The notes: generated by a model from the sequence alone, not told the origin. DNA of 64,000 nt from Prevotella sp. (GCA_031285625.1 JAITVV010000081.1:32001-96000), one strand, 5' to 3'; numbered from the stretch's first letter, positions 1 to 11,055 are shown. Translations and numbers: made by a program.

Positions 1-709
1 CCCATTGTCCGTCTATCATGTACACTTTCAATAGCATCATATTGGCAATACCTCTATCCATACGTCCCCATTCTGTATCTTTAGGTAAAGGCAAATCAGC
101 TATAGCTAATTTCAATTCGCTAACCATTTGGGCTACATATTCCTCTTTAGACGGGCGAGGTATAATAACTTTCTGTTCAGGGTCACCTTTCAGTATCTCA
201 TCACTGGCAATAGGTACCGGCCCAAACAGATCGTACATTAAATACATCAGCCAGGCTCTTAAAGCCCTTACCTGAGATACATATTTAACCTTTACCTCAT
301 CACTGACAGATGATGCTTCAATATTTAACATTATATTCCTGAACTGACTTATATACTTATAGTGTCCATATTTTTCAGTTGCCTGGTCATTATTGGCAGC
401 AGTCCATCCGTGTGTATGATACATATTCCAGGTACCACCATCTCCCCACTGGCAATCCATAATGTCTGTACACATTTCTGTAAAGATATTGATGCCTCCT
501 CTACCATGAGAATATATTCCGCCACCACCATATGTATTGATTCGGAATCTATGATAAGCCGTTGTTGCAGCAGCATTTACATCCGACTCGTTTTTATAGA
601 AATTTTCGGGATATATCTGATCATAATTCTCACCCTCCAGGTCTCCATAGCAGCTATGAAATGAAAGAAGAATAATGCATCCCATTAATATTAATATATT
701 CGTTTTCAT
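1..709 (-). CDS. RagB/SusD family lipoprotein (3' part outside window)
   Basis: Not in the ORF track. Hand translation from the ATG at 709 gives MKTNILILMGCIILLSFHSCYGDLEGENYDQIYPENFYKNESDVNAA..., a lipoprotein signal plus the typical SusD N-terminus. It lies directly downstream of susC. Confidence 0.9.
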   Translation of the reverse strand, partial: MKTNILILMGCIILLSFHSCYGDLEGENYDQIYPENFYKNESDVNAAATTAYHRFRINTYGGGGIYSHGRGGINIFTEMCTDIMDCQWGDGGTWNMYHTHGWTAANNDQATEKYGHYKYISQFRNIMLNIEASSVSDEVKVKYVSQVRALRAWLMYLMYDLFGPVPIASDEILKGDPEQKVIIPRPSKEEYVAQMVSELKLAIADLPLPKDTEWGRMDRGIANMMLLKVYMIDGQW

Positions 710-734
710 ATTTGATCTGATTTAATGATTATTC

Positions 735-3700
735 TTAGAACTTAATGTCTACACCAAATGAAATAGACCGTTGTTGTGGATAAGCGCCCAAGGCATCTGT
801 TTCAGGATCTGTTCCCTTATAAGGACTTATTAAGAATAAGTTCTGAGCATCCACAAATACTCTGGCACTGCTACATACTTTCTTTAGCCATGATTGATCG
901 AATGTATATCCCAGAGTTATATTCTTGAAACGGATAAACCATGCTTTTTCCAAAAAGTAATTTCCTGTTCCTATCTTAGAGTCAACCTGGAAAATTGAAG
1001 GAAGATCGGAATCCATATTTTTATAAGACCATCTGTCAACCACTTCGTTGTACATATTAGATCCATTCTCTAATCGATATGCTTCTGTCAGATAATATGA
1101 CCTTGTATCATTGATTTTCCATCTGTTAAACATTCCATATACATACACATTCAGGTCGAATCCTTTGTATGTAAAGCTATTATTCAAACCAATTGTATAC
1201 GGAGTGTTTACTCCAAATTTGATCTTATCAGCATCATCAAGAATTCCGTCAGGAGCACCTGTACGTTGTGGTATACCATTCGCATCTACTATGATTTTAC
1301 CATCGGCATCTTTCAGGTATCCGTCCACATCCAATACTTTTACTGTTCCCGGTATTGCTCCGTATTTGCTTATATATTCTGTATCTTCAGGACTAACAAT
1401 ACCTGATGATTTATAATACCACAACTCATTGAAAGGTTGTTTCACACTACTCATAATATTTGGAGACCAGTTACCATCACGTTTTTTCCAACGGTCACGA
1501 TAATAAGTGAATGTTGCATCGGTAGTCCACGAGAAGTCCTTGTTACTTATATTGCGGCTAGTAAAATTAATCTCAAGACCACGGGTTTGTTTCTCCGAAT
1601 CCAGATTTGCAATACGGGTAGTAATTTCCTGATACGACATCAAATCCCTTGCTCCAATGATATCAGATATTGTTCTGTCAAATACCTCAATAGATCCTGC
1701 AAAACGATAGTTCATAAAGCTGAAATCCAATCCCAGATTTATGTCGGTCTGAGTTTCCCATTTAAGATCCGGATTTCCTAAGAATTTAAGTTCAATGCCA
1801 TTATTCAAAGTTCCGTCGAATATATAATTTGTACCGACACCATAATATGGGTTAGTTGTATAATATTCAACGTCATTCATTATGAATTTATCGTTACCTG
1901 TTTGTCCGTATCCAGCGCGTAGCTTCAATTCAGACAACCAACCTGATGTACCTTTCATAAAGCTTTCTTCATGTATTTTCCAGCCCAACGATACCCCCGG
2001 GAAATACCCCCATTTATGATTTTTCGCAAAATTGGAAGATCCATCAGCACGGAAATTGGCAGTCAGCATATACTTATTCTTGAATACATAGTTGAGACGG
2101 CCGATATAAGAAGCCATAATAGTGGTACTTCCTCCTGATGCTACATCCGGTCTGTCTTTAGAACCTGCACCTAAATTAAACCAAAGCATACCATCATAAG
2201 GGAATTTCGAGTTACCGGCGCTAAAATTACTTCTGGTCAGTTTCTGATAATCATATCCCCCCATTACAGAGATATCATGATCGTTAATTACCTTATGCCA
2301 GTTAGCAACCAGATTTACATTATAATCCTGCCTTTCGTTCTGCGATTGTACTGCATATCCGCCTTCACGTGCACCGAAAAGTACTGTTGTAGGCATATAG
2401 TAATCACGCTTACCTTGATTACGGTCTACACCGAATTGCGCCTTAAGAGTCAAATCCTTGATTGGCTGTGCTTCTACATATGCCAGCAATAGAGCACGCT
2501 GTGTTGTCGTATGATCCCGTATATCTAATAATGAAACCGGATTTGCGAGGAAACCCTGATCAGGATCAAGAGCATATTCTCCTTTTTCATTCCGAACCGG
2601 GATCAATGGATTAAACTGTTGTGCAGCTCTTATAATACCTGCATTTTCATATCCATTACCGCCAATAGGGACATTGCGGTTCTTCACCTGGTTTATATTC
2701 AAACTAACACCACCTGATATTATATTCGAAAATTTCTGGTCGAGGTTAATCCTCATATTGAAACGTTCAAGATCATTAGTCTTTATTACACCATTCTGTT
2801 TGTAGTAGTTTAAGGATGTAAGATATTTAGTACTCTCCGTACCACCTTGCACGCTTAAATTATGTTCGTTGATAAATCCTGCGCGTGTAATTTCATCAAG
2901 CCAATCTGTTTGATTCGCAGGATTTGCTATATCACTTTCACTGTATTTAGGCTGCCATTTGCTCACGCCCAAATTGTTCCAGACTTCATCATAGGTTTTT
3001 GATCCATATGGGTATACGCCATTTGTACGCATCCATTTCTCTTTGATAACCTCATTTGCTTCTGTCATGAATTCTCTTGCCCCCAGCATATTAGGCAATC
3101 CATACAGATGCTGAGTGGTAACAGAAGCTTTATAATTGACCTGTACTTTACCGGCTTTTCCTCTCTTGGTTGTAATAAGGATTACTCCTCCTGCAGCACG
3201 CGATCCGTAAATAGCTGTAGCTGACGCATCTTTTAATATCTCTATAGATTCTACATCATTCGGATTAATAGAGTTAAGGCCTGTTTCTACTTTGTTATCT
3301 TTATTGATACTTCCATATCCGCCACTCGGTACCGAAAAATCAGCTTGAGGGAATCCGTCAATCACTATCAAAGGAGAACGATTAGAGGCAGTACCACGAA
3401 TCTGTAAGTTCATACCTCCTCCGGGTTGTGCACTTTGCATTGTGGCTGTCAATCCGGTAGCTTTACCAGAAAGCATATGTGCTACAGATGTGTTTGCAGC
3501 GGGTGGCAGATCCTTCTGCTTAACTACTGCAATGGCTCCGGTCAGATCCGATTTTTTCTGGATACCATATCCCACCACAACAACTTCGTCAAGTAGCTTT
3601 GCATCTTCCCGCATACGAATATTGAACTGAGAATTGTTCCCTACTTCAATCTCTTGTGTCTCAAATCCTACAAAAGAGAATGATAATATTGAAGATGAAG

Positions 3701-4178
3701 TAACATCCAAAGAAAACTTCCCGTCAATGTCGCTAATTGTTCCATTTGTGGTATTTTTCTCTGATATACTAACCCCTGTAATAGGTTCATTATTATCATC
3801 GACGATTGTACCCGTAACTTTACGTGATTGTTGTGTTACTTTTTTTACAATAAGGATTTGCTTATTTTTTATATTAAATGTGGTATTTGTGTTTTTAAGT
3901 ATTTCGGTCAAAGCTTCCGATAGTGACTTATTACTGATATTGACAGAAACAGTCTGTTTGACGTTTATCAGCGATTCATTGTAAGCAATGGTCATGCCTG
4001 TTTGTTTTTCTACTTCTTCAAATGCATCCTTTATTGTCAGTTGATAGCCCGATATTGTTACTTTTTGTTTTTGGTCTTGTGCTATAATATTTGCAGTTAT
4101 AGAGAAAAATGCAGATAAAATAACAATTCGATACAAAATAGTCCTTACTATTGTAAAGAATAAAATTTTTATTTTCAT
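735..4178 (-). CDS. SusC/RagA TonB-dependent transporter with N-terminal STN signalling extension
   Basis: Motifs LDEVVVVGYG, INPNDVESIEILKDASATAIYGSRAAGGVILITTKRG and NPDLKWE, a C-terminal F, and an N-terminal STN domain. Confidence 0.97.
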   Translation of the reverse strand: MKIKILFFTIVRTILYRIVILSAFFSITANIIAQDQKQKVTISGYQLTIKDAFEEVEKQTGMTIAYNESLINVKQTVSVNISNKSLSEALTEILKNTNTTFNIKNKQILIVKKVTQQSRKVTGTIVDDNNEPITGVSISEKNTTNGTISDIDGKFSLDVTSSSILSFSFVGFETQEIEVGNNSQFNIRMREDAKLLDEVVVVGYGIQKKSDLTGAIAVVKQKDLPPAANTSVAHMLSGKATGLTATMQSAQPGGGMNLQIRGTASNRSPLIVIDGFPQADFSVPSGGYGSINKDNKVETGLNSINPNDVESIEILKDASATAIYGSRAAGGVILITTKRGKAGKVQVNYKASVTTQHLYGLPNMLGAREFMTEANEVIKEKWMRTNGVYPYGSKTYDEVWNNLGVSKWQPKYSESDIANPANQTDWLDEITRAGFINEHNLSVQGGTESTKYLTSLNYYKQNGVIKTNDLERFNMRINLDQKFSNIISGGVSLNINQVKNRNVPIGGNGYENAGIIRAAQQFNPLIPVRNEKGEYALDPDQGFLANPVSLLDIRDHTTTQRALLLAYVEAQPIKDLTLKAQFGVDRNQGKRDYYMPTTVLFGAREGGYAVQSQNERQDYNVNLVANWHKVINDHDISVMGGYDYQKLTRSNFSAGNSKFPYDGMLWFNLGAGSKDRPDVASGGSTTIMASYIGRLNYVFKNKYMLTANFRADGSSNFAKNHKWGYFPGVSLGWKIHEESFMKGTSGWLSELKLRAGYGQTGNDKFIMNDVEYYTTNPYYGVGTNYIFDGTLNNGIELKFLGNPDLKWETQTDINLGLDFSFMNYRFAGSIEVFDRTISDIIGARDLMSYQEITTRIANLDSEKQTRGLEINFTSRNISNKDFSWTTDATFTYYRDRWKKRDGNWSPNIMSSVKQPFNELWYYKSSGIVSPEDTEYISKYGAIPGTVKVLDVDGYLKDADGKIIVDANGIPQRTGAPDGILDDADKIKFGVNTPYTIGLNNSFTYKGFDLNVYVYGMFNRWKINDTRSYYLTEAYRLENGSNMYNEVVDRWSYKNMDSDLPSIFQVDSKIGTGNYFLEKAWFIRFKNITLGYTFDQSWLKKVCSSARVFVDAQNLFLISPYKGTDPETDALGAYPQQRSISFGVDIKF

Positions 4179-4291
4179 AACTTTGTTTATTAGATTTCAA
4201 TGAATGTCAACAATTTCTATGTGATTATTTTTGAGGTCTATCGATTTCAAACCGGAGAGTTAACCCTAAAAAAACTCTTCGGTTCTTTTTT
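4178..4291 (+). ncRNA. Putative cis-antisense sRNA to the susC leader (DonS-like), with its promoter and terminator
   Basis: TAACTTTG (-7 box) at 4178-4185 on +, overlapping the susC start codon. A 12-bp hairpin (4250-4284) followed by a T-run (4286-4291) is oriented for + strand termination. Confidence 0.55.
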
Positions 4292-4315
4292 GCATGATCA
4301 TAGTATTTTTCCAGA

Positions 4316-5296
4316 TTAATATATATAGACTTTATTCTCTTTTATTTTGTAGTTTAATTCAGGTATAATCTGCTTCAATATCTGAAGAGATTCTTCCAGT
4401 GTTTCACCATGAACGAATTTTGCTGTTATTAGTTCACTATAATATTTATTAGAGTTTATATAGATCGAAACATCGTATCGATGTTCAAATGTTCTGACAA
4501 TATCAGCTATCGATGCACTGAAGAATAACAAATGTCCGTTTTTCCATGCACCAATATGTTCATCTTTTACTATTTCCTTATTTATGTTATCGGATATCTT
4601 ATTATAAACAATCTGTTCGTTCCTATTAAGTATTATACTGGCTAGTTCACTTTTATTAAAATTCAGCTGTACTTTGCCTTCTTGCAGGGTGGTTATAATA
4701 TTGGGATTATCAGAATAAGCCGAAACATTAAACTTAGTACCCAATACTTCCACATCTATTCCATCAGTCTTTACAATAAATGGTTTGTCATTCCTGTGAG
4801 TAACTTCAAAATAGGCTTCACCATTTAAATAAACATAACGAGCTTCGGGGCTATGATCTTCTTCAGGATATATTACAACACTTCCCGAATTGATAGTCAC
4901 TTTGGTACTGTCAGGTAACATTAGTGTCCGGTATTCTCCATTTGGAGCAAAACATTCAGCAAATTGAACAGGTTTGTCAGCCGAAGTACGATCGCTCAGA
5001 TAATATACTGATAATGCGGAGAGAATGGGTAAAAGGATTACTGCTGCAGCTATTTTGTAGTATTTTCTTATTGTAAACCGTTTCCCGGTACCATAAAGTT
5101 TTCTTTCGACCTCCTTTAATGAATCCAGGGTAGATGAATCTGCTGATATATCGATCTTATTCCAGATTTCTTTTAATGCCTCATCTTTTTCATCAGAGTG
5201 CGATGAGTCCAAATACCATTCACGAAATTTTGTTTGAATATCTTTGGGATATTCATTTTTGAAGAATATATTTAAAATGTGTTTTAGTATTTGCAT
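4316..5296 (-). CDS. FecR family anti-sigma factor
   Basis: TM helix followed by LPDSTKVTINSGS, LNGEAYFEV and VLGTKFNV motifs; located between the ECF sigma and susC. Confidence 0.96.
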   Translation of the reverse strand: MQILKHILNIFFKNEYPKDIQTKFREWYLDSSHSDEKDEALKEIWNKIDISADSSTLDSLKEVERKLYGTGKRFTIRKYYKIAAAVILLPILSALSVYYLSDRTSADKPVQFAECFAPNGEYRTLMLPDSTKVTINSGSVVIYPEEDHSPEARYVYLNGEAYFEVTHRNDKPFIVKTDGIDVEVLGTKFNVSAYSDNPNIITTLQEGKVQLNFNKSELASIILNRNEQIVYNKISDNINKEIVKDEHIGAWKNGHLLFFSASIADIVRTFEHRYDVSIYINSNKYYSELITAKFVHGETLEESLQILKQIIPELNYKIKENKVYIY

Positions 5297-5369
5297 ATTA
5301 TCACCTTTTAATACAAGACAATCAAAAGGCGGATTGCACCCAATCGAATCTTAAAAAAAATATTATTTT

Positions 5370-5930
5370 CTAAATAAAAAACAAAAGCATAAAAGAAATT
5401 GTCTTCCTTATTTCTTTGAGTGCCAAGTTTATATGGTTCTCTACCGTTTTCTTTGTAATTCCTAATTTTTTTGCAATGTCTTCATTTTTTATGCCTTCCA
5501 TACGGCTCATCTCATAGATCTTTCGACGTTGTTCGGGCATTTTACTTACAGTCAATTCTGTTAACAGCCGTATTTCTTTGGCAAAAAGTTCTTCTTCTAT
5601 TGATATATAGTTTTCTTGAGAAGAAGAGTAATTGTAGTTATAATACTTTTCTTCCAGATCTTTTTTCTTAAACTCGTTTATCACAGCATTTTTTGCCATT
5701 TTATATATATAGGCATCAAATGATTGTATTTCTTTCAGACTTACCCTGTTCTCCCAAATCTTAATGAAAATATCCTGACTGATATCTTCTGCAGCAGCTT
5801 CTTCTTTTATTAAATGGACTATAAAATATTTGACTTTTGGGAAGTATGACAAAAACACTGATCGAAAAGCATTTCTATCCCCGTCGGATATCAATTCTAT
5901 TAGTTCTATTGTTTTCAGTGAATTCATCAA
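5370..5930 (-). CDS. ECF RNA polymerase sigma-70 factor (PUL type)
   Basis: AEDISQDIFIKIW (region 2) and DIAKKLGITKKTVENHI (region 4). Confidence 0.96.
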   Translation of the reverse strand: MMNSLKTIELIELISDGDRNAFRSVFLSYFPKVKYFIVHLIKEEAAAEDISQDIFIKIWENRVSLKEIQSFDAYIYKMAKNAVINEFKKKDLEEKYYNYNYSSSQENYISIEEELFAKEIRLLTELTVSKMPEQRRKIYEMSRMEGIKNEDIAKKLGITKKTVENHINLALKEIRKTISFMLLFFI

Positions 5931-6439
5931 TATGGCGATCAGAGGTGAAACTTGTGGAATGAAAAATCTTTTTTTAAGGTTAAAGGCAAAAAGTTTTTCA
6001 TATAATTATTCAATTCAGATTAACATCATAGTCCCAAAAATGGTATTCGATGAGGATATCACTTCAATGAAACTATTAAATAAGGAAAATAAATCTTTCA
6101 CAACACTATGACAAAAATAATAATATTATTATCTAATCTGACTATAAAAAGATTTTTTGTGCGGATATTATCCGCAACTTTAATAAATCTCTTTCCTTTT
6201 ATCCGAAGCACATTCAATAATATCATTTCGAAACCATTATACTACGAATTATATAAATAAAATTCAGGAAATAGCTGTTCGCTTAAAAATCGTCAACAAA
6301 CACAATGGAAATAATACAAGCAGAATATGAAATAGGAAAGCCGCTTTTTTAATAAAAATTCTAAATAAAACAAGATTAGCTATTTACAGAAACATCTTTA
6401 CCATACAAATAAATCCCCAATAATTTCAAAAAAATGATG

Positions 6440-6447
6440 TATCTTTG
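6440..6447 (+). promoter_or_regulatory. Bacteroidota housekeeping promoter -7 box for guaA
   Basis: TATCTTTG matches TAnnTTTG, about 40 nt upstream of the ATG. Confidence 0.6.
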
Positions 6448-6486
6448 TGCGCATTAAAATAATAAACTCTCACTTATTTTATTCCT

Positions 6487-8007
6487 ATGCACGAGAAAAT
6501 CATTATCCTCGATTTCGGGTCACAAACCACCCAACTTATTGGTCGCAGAGTCAGAGAATTAAATGTCTATTGCGAAATTGTTCCTTATGATAAATTTCCT
6601 TTTGGAGATGAGTCTGTAAAAGGTGTTATCCTGTCAGGAAGTCCTTTTTCTGTAAACGATGCTGATGCATTTAAGCCTGACCTGACTCAGATAAGAGGTA
6701 AATATCCGGTATTGGGTATCTGTTATGGAGCACAATATTTGGCATATACATCAGGCGGCAAAGTTGAAAAAAGTGACACTCGGGAATACGGACGGGCGCA
6801 CCTGGCTAAAATAAATGCTTCGGAACCCCTATTTGATGGTATCCAGGAAGAAACACAGGTATGGATGTCACATGGGGATACAATCACCCTATTACCAGAC
6901 AGTTTTAAAGTAATAGCAAGTACTACCGATGTAGCTGTTGCAGCATACAAAATAGAAGGAGAACCTACCTGGGCGGTACAGTTCCACCCTGAAGTGTTTC
7001 ACACGACAGACGGGACACGTCTACTCAGTAACTTCCTGAATATATGCAAAATGAAACGCGACTGGTCACCTGCATCATTCATTGATACTACCGTAGCAGA
7101 GTTGAAAATGCAATTAGGTGACGACAAAGTTATACTAGCTCTTTCGGGAGGAGTAGACTCGTCCGTTACTGCAGTTTTATTAAACAGAGCCATTGGTAAA
7201 AATCTAACCTGTGTATTTGTTGATCATGGATTACTTCGCAAAAATGAATTTGAGAATGTACTGAAAGACTATGAACATCTTGGGTTGAATGTAATTGGAG
7301 TAAATGCCAAGGAACGGTTTTACAAAGCGTTAGCAGGAGTAACAGACCCTGAGCAAAAACGTAAGATCATAGGAAAAGGCTTTATTGATGTATTTGATGA
7401 AGAAGCGCACAAGCTAAAAGACATAAAATGGCTGGGGCAGGGAACTATCTATCCCGATATTATTGAGTCGTTATCCATCACAGGACATGTAATCAAATCA
7501 CACCACAATGTAGGTGGTCTACCTGAGAAAATGAATCTGAAACTGGTAGAGCCTCTGCGTCTGCTGTTCAAAGATGAAGTTCGACGTGTCGGGCTCGAGC
7601 TAGGCATGAAAGAAACACTTATAAAACGCCATCCATTCCCAGGTCCCGGGTTAGGAATCCGGATACTTGGAGATATTACTCCCGAAAAAGTGGAAATAGC
7701 TCAGAATGCGGATGATATCTACATTCGTATGCTCCGCGAATACGGGTTCTATGATAAAGTATGGCAGGCAGGTGCAATACTGTTGCCTATTCGCTCGGTA
7801 GGGGTAATGGGTGACGAGCGTACTTATGAAAATACTGTGGCTTTACGTGCAGTAACTTCAACAGATGCTATGACTGCAGACTGGGCACACCTGCCTTACG
7901 AGTTTCTTGCAAAAGTATCAAATGAGATCATCAATAAGGTGAAAGGAGTAAACCGTGTAGTTTACGATATATCTTCGAAACCGCCTGCTACCATAGAGTG
8001 GGAATGA
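6487..8007 (+). CDS. guaA: GMP synthase (glutamine-hydrolysing)
   Basis: Motifs [38 protein letters not shown] and KPPATIEWE. Confidence 0.99.
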   Translation: MHEKIIILDFGSQTTQLIGRRVRELNVYCEIVPYDKFPFGDESVKGVILSGSPFSVNDADAFKPDLTQIRGKYPVLGICYGAQYLAYTSGGKVEKSDTREYGRAHLAKINASEPLFDGIQEETQVWMSHGDTITLLPDSFKVIASTTDVAVAAYKIEGEPTWAVQFHPEVFHTTDGTRLLSNFLNICKMKRDWSPASFIDTTVAELKMQLGDDKVILALSGGVDSSVTAVLLNRAIGKNLTCVFVDHGLLRKNEFENVLKDYEHLGLNVIGVNAKERFYKALAGVTDPEQKRKIIGKGFIDVFDEEAHKLKDIKWLGQGTIYPDIIESLSITGHVIKSHHNVGGLPEKMNLKLVEPLRLLFKDEVRRVGLELGMKETLIKRHPFPGPGLGIRILGDITPEKVEIAQNADDIYIRMLREYGFYDKVWQAGAILLPIRSVGVMGDERTYENTVALRAVTSTDAMTADWAHLPYEFLAKVSNEIINKVKGVNRVVYDISSKPPATIEWE

Positions 8008-8010
8008 TCA

Positions 8011-8050
8011 TAAATAAAAAAGTATCCCAGTTGGGATACTTTTTTATTTA
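8011..8050. terminator. Bidirectional intrinsic terminator
   Basis: Palindrome TAAATAAAAAAGTATCCCA-GT-TGGGATACTTTTTTATTTA between convergent genes. Confidence 0.85.
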
Positions 8051-8505
8051 TACCAATCAGGCCTATTATATTCCTCAGTCCAAAAGAGGGCACCTTGCCC
8101 CCAAACAGATTCCTCATCTTTTAGTTGCCAGACAATACCGTCATAGATATTAAAGCTGCTGCCATATTTATCAATTCGCGGTCCCGAATAATTATATGCA
8201 ATACCATCACAGGTAACAATCTGTAGTAACTGTGCCCGCTCTGCCCTGTCTTCATCAGCAGCACTCAATCTTGAATGTAGCGATAGCATTTCCTCTAGGG
8301 TGTATTTGAAGCAGGATAAAGCATACTTATTTGCGTAAATAAAGTGAGGATCTGCGTTTGCATTATGAGCCAATATACTATAGGGGGCTTCTTCATCAAG
8401 CCATTGATAGCGGTCTGTGATATCATGAGGAGTAGGCAGCCTTTTTCCACTCAATTTGTAAAAGCAATCGTCAATCTGTCTAATTAGAAGTGATTTTTCT
8501 TCCAT
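8044..8505 (-). CDS. Stand-alone MEKHLA (PAS-like) domain protein
   Basis: APYSILAH...DPHFIYANKYAL..F, SRLSA...RAERAQLL..V...G...YSGPRI..G..F.I....VWQL match the MEKHLA pattern. Confidence 0.85.
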   Translation of the reverse strand: MEEKSLLIRQIDDCFYKLSGKRLPTPHDITDRYQWLDEEAPYSILAHNANADPHFIYANKYALSCFKYTLEEMLSLHSRLSAADEDRAERAQLLQIVTCDGIAYNYSGPRIDKYGSSFNIYDGIVWQLKDEESVWGQGALFWTEEYNRPDWYK

Positions 8506-8514
8506 AATATTCTT

Positions 8515-10227
8515 CTATAAATTTCGAAGCCGTGGGTTAGCCCCTAATAGCTGATGTGGATCAACAGCCACTTCAATAAGCAATGAGCGACATGAGCGAC
8601 TTCTCTTTTTTACCAATAATTCATTAAAATTAGAAAGATCCGGATTAAGTTTCTCGGCATCCCAACCATAAGCTCTAGCTATGGAGCAATAATCAACCGG
8701 CTTCAGAGCAGAATGATATCTTTCTTCTGGTACATCCGGAAGGATCTTTATCAAACCTTGTTCTACAATTGATAACGTTTCATTATTTAGTAAAAAGACA
8801 ACCAGACCAAGATCAGACACCTCTCCTAAAGAACCGGAAAAAAGACGAAAACACCCATCTCCCGTAAATAGGAATACCGGTTGCTCGGGCTTGGAGAGTT
8901 TGGCCCCCACAGCAACACCAAATGCGCCTCCCATTGCTGAACCCCTATAAAGAGAGTAAAAATGGATATTATTGTTAGGCCTTTGTGTTACATATTGCCG
9001 GTCTTTATATGACAGGCATACATCATCAAATCCAATGGAACCTGCCGGCCACCATTTGTCAAGTTGTTGATATAACTTAACCATATCAACATAACCTTTG
9101 CCCGGAATGGGAAATGAACTATTATTTAAATCCTCGGGAGCAGGCTCTACAGGTATATTTGCAAAAGGTTGTTGCTTAGCAGTATCTATCAGGCTCCTTA
9201 ATACCATATCAATGGCACCATGCATATGATAGTATTTACCTTTTGCAATATGAAACAAGCTATTCTTTACCAACCCGTAAGCTTTTGGTATATTACCCAC
9301 AAAGAAAGTATGTGAGGCCGTAAATAAATTCAGATTGACGGTATATTCGTCAGGACAAGCACCAAGTACCATCAGGACATCATCATCCCCCAATGAATCA
9401 TACATATTCAAAGCTTTATCATTTCCTCCAAAAGCAATATATCCATATCCATAAGGATTGTCTCGGCTAACAGCATTCGCTCCGTTTATACTCCATATAA
9501 CGGCAGCTTGGAATTGTTTACTAAATGCGCTGGTTAACTCCAAAGCATCAGTATAGCGAGCCATCTCCTCTCCAACAAGGATCACCAAACGTTTTCCATC
9601 AATAGCCTGGCGGAATATTGCTGTAAAATCATCAAAACGACCGTTTTCCACTGTATAAGGAGCAACTGCTGGTATAGCCGGCACTTCATCAACTGTTATA
9701 TTAAGCGATTCATTCACCAAAACAAAAACAACAGGTTTTGAATTATCCAATAAAGCCTTTGCCAATGCCAGCTGTTCAGCTAATATAGATGGATCATCAA
9801 GAACAAATACAGAATTAGGGAGTTCTGCCCGTAACTGTTCTATCATGTTACTCCCATAGATTGAAGTATCCTGAAGAGGAGAACATCCCAGTGTATTTTT
9901 AGCCGAGACAGGCACTATGTATACTGCAGGTATGTCATGTAGTTTAGCATCACTAAGGCCACAAGCCAGAAGTTTAGTGGCAGCGCCTGTCGTCGCAACA
10001 GCTGCTGCTATTTTTCCACTTGCCAGATAATATCCCAACGGAACAAAACCGGCATTATACTCACCAAATGTAAAGAATTCCGGTTTACCGGAAGATGTAT
10101 CATGCAAGGTATCGAGATATTTGAGGTAATGAATAACTCCCCCTCCCGTTACACCTGTATACAATGTTATCCCCCAACTTTTAAGTGTATCTATCAAAAA
10201 TTGATAATAATCATATTTTTCAGCCAT
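8515..10227 (-). CDS. Thiamine-diphosphate-dependent enzyme (divergent AHAS/decarboxylase superfamily)
   Basis: N-terminal GVTGGG, catalytic Glu in GEYNAGF, GSAMGGAFGVAVGAK, and the GDG...NN ThDP/Mg motif (FTGDGCF...LLNN). Confidence 0.88.
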   Translation of the reverse strand: MAEKYDYYQFLIDTLKSWGITLYTGVTGGGVIHYLKYLDTLHDTSSGKPEFFTFGEYNAGFVPLGYYLASGKIAAAVATTGAATKLLACGLSDAKLHDIPAVYIVPVSAKNTLGCSPLQDTSIYGSNMIEQLRAELPNSVFVLDDPSILAEQLALAKALLDNSKPVVFVLVNESLNITVDEVPAIPAVAPYTVENGRFDDFTAIFRQAIDGKRLVILVGEEMARYTDALELTSAFSKQFQAAVIWSINGANAVSRDNPYGYGYIAFGGNDKALNMYDSLGDDDVLMVLGACPDEYTVNLNLFTASHTFFVGNIPKAYGLVKNSLFHIAKGKYYHMHGAIDMVLRSLIDTAKQQPFANIPVEPAPEDLNNSSFPIPGKGYVDMVKLYQQLDKWWPAGSIGFDDVCLSYKDRQYVTQRPNNNIHFYSLYRGSAMGGAFGVAVGAKLSKPEQPVFLFTGDGCFRLFSGSLGEVSDLGLVVFLLNNETLSIVEQGLIKILPDVPEERYHSALKPVDYCSIARAYGWDAEKLNPDLSNFNELLVKKRSRSCRSLLIEVAVDPHQLLGANPRLRNL

Positions 10228-10435
10228 ATTTTTCTTTATTAAAGTTATTAAGGCAATCAGTCATGAAAAAAACTGACATCCTCAGAAGAACAGCCATAAG
10301 GGCAATAGGTTCAAGCCTTTAATAAAGGTTTAGTTAATATAGGTTCTTTAAAAAGAAAATAAGGTTTCTCTTAAAACCTTTACTGTGGTTTTGTATTTAT
10401 TTAATAATTACCTTTGAAAAATAAATTTTAGAAAG

Positions 10436-11014
10436 ATGGAAGATATTATAAACAAACGTTGTGGCTGGGCTGGAACCGACGAGTTATATGTGAAATATCA
10501 TGATGAAGAATGGGGACAATTGGTAAACGATGATAAAACTTTATTCGAATTTCTTGTTTTGGAAAGCGCTCAGGCCGGATTGTCATGGATTACGATTCTT
10601 CGAAAACGCGAAGGATACAGAAAAGCCTTTTACAATTTTGACGTTGAAAAAGTAGCTGGGATGACTCCGAATGATATCGAGAGACTGATGAAGTTTGACG
10701 GAATTGTAAAGAACCGGCTAAAGATTGCATCCACCATTACGAATGCTCAATATTTTATCGCGATTCAAAAGGAATTCGGCAGTTTCTATAATTATACATT
10801 ATCATTCTTTCCTAAACAGCAACCGGTCAAGAATAACTTCAAATCGTTAAGTGAGGTTCCCGCCTCGTCTCCTGAATCAGATGCAATGAGTAAGGATATG
10901 AAAAAACGAGGATTTAAATTTTTTGGCTCCACTATTTGTTATGCTTATATGCAGGCTGCAGGGTTTGTGAATGATCATTTGGATAGTTGTTTCTGTAGAG
11001 AAAAGAAAATATAA
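10436..11014 (+). CDS. tag: DNA-3-methyladenine glycosylase I
   Basis: Motifs RCGW, YHDEEWG, LESAQAGLSWITIL and NDHLDSC. Confidence 0.97.
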   Translation: MEDIINKRCGWAGTDELYVKYHDEEWGQLVNDDKTLFEFLVLESAQAGLSWITILRKREGYRKAFYNFDVEKVAGMTPNDIERLMKFDGIVKNRLKIASTITNAQYFIAIQKEFGSFYNYTLSFFPKQQPVKNNFKSLSEVPASSPESDAMSKDMKKRGFKFFGSTICYAYMQAAGFVNDHLDSCFCREKKI

Positions 11015-11017
11015 ACA

Positions 11018-11055
11018 TATAAAAAGAGATGTCCGACTGGACATCTCTTTTTATA
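11018..11055. terminator. Bidirectional intrinsic terminator
   Basis: TATAAAAAGAGATGTCC-GACT-GGACATCTCTTTTTATA between convergent genes. Confidence 0.85.

Noticed and set aside
18-664. Short ORFs 18-275, 349-576 and 362-664
   Set aside because: They are shadow or alternate frames of the SusD gene (1-709, minus strand).
7980-10430. Integrated element at the guaA 3' end
   Set aside because: No integrase, and I saw no duplicated guaA 3' end (att site). Only a two-gene cassette is present.
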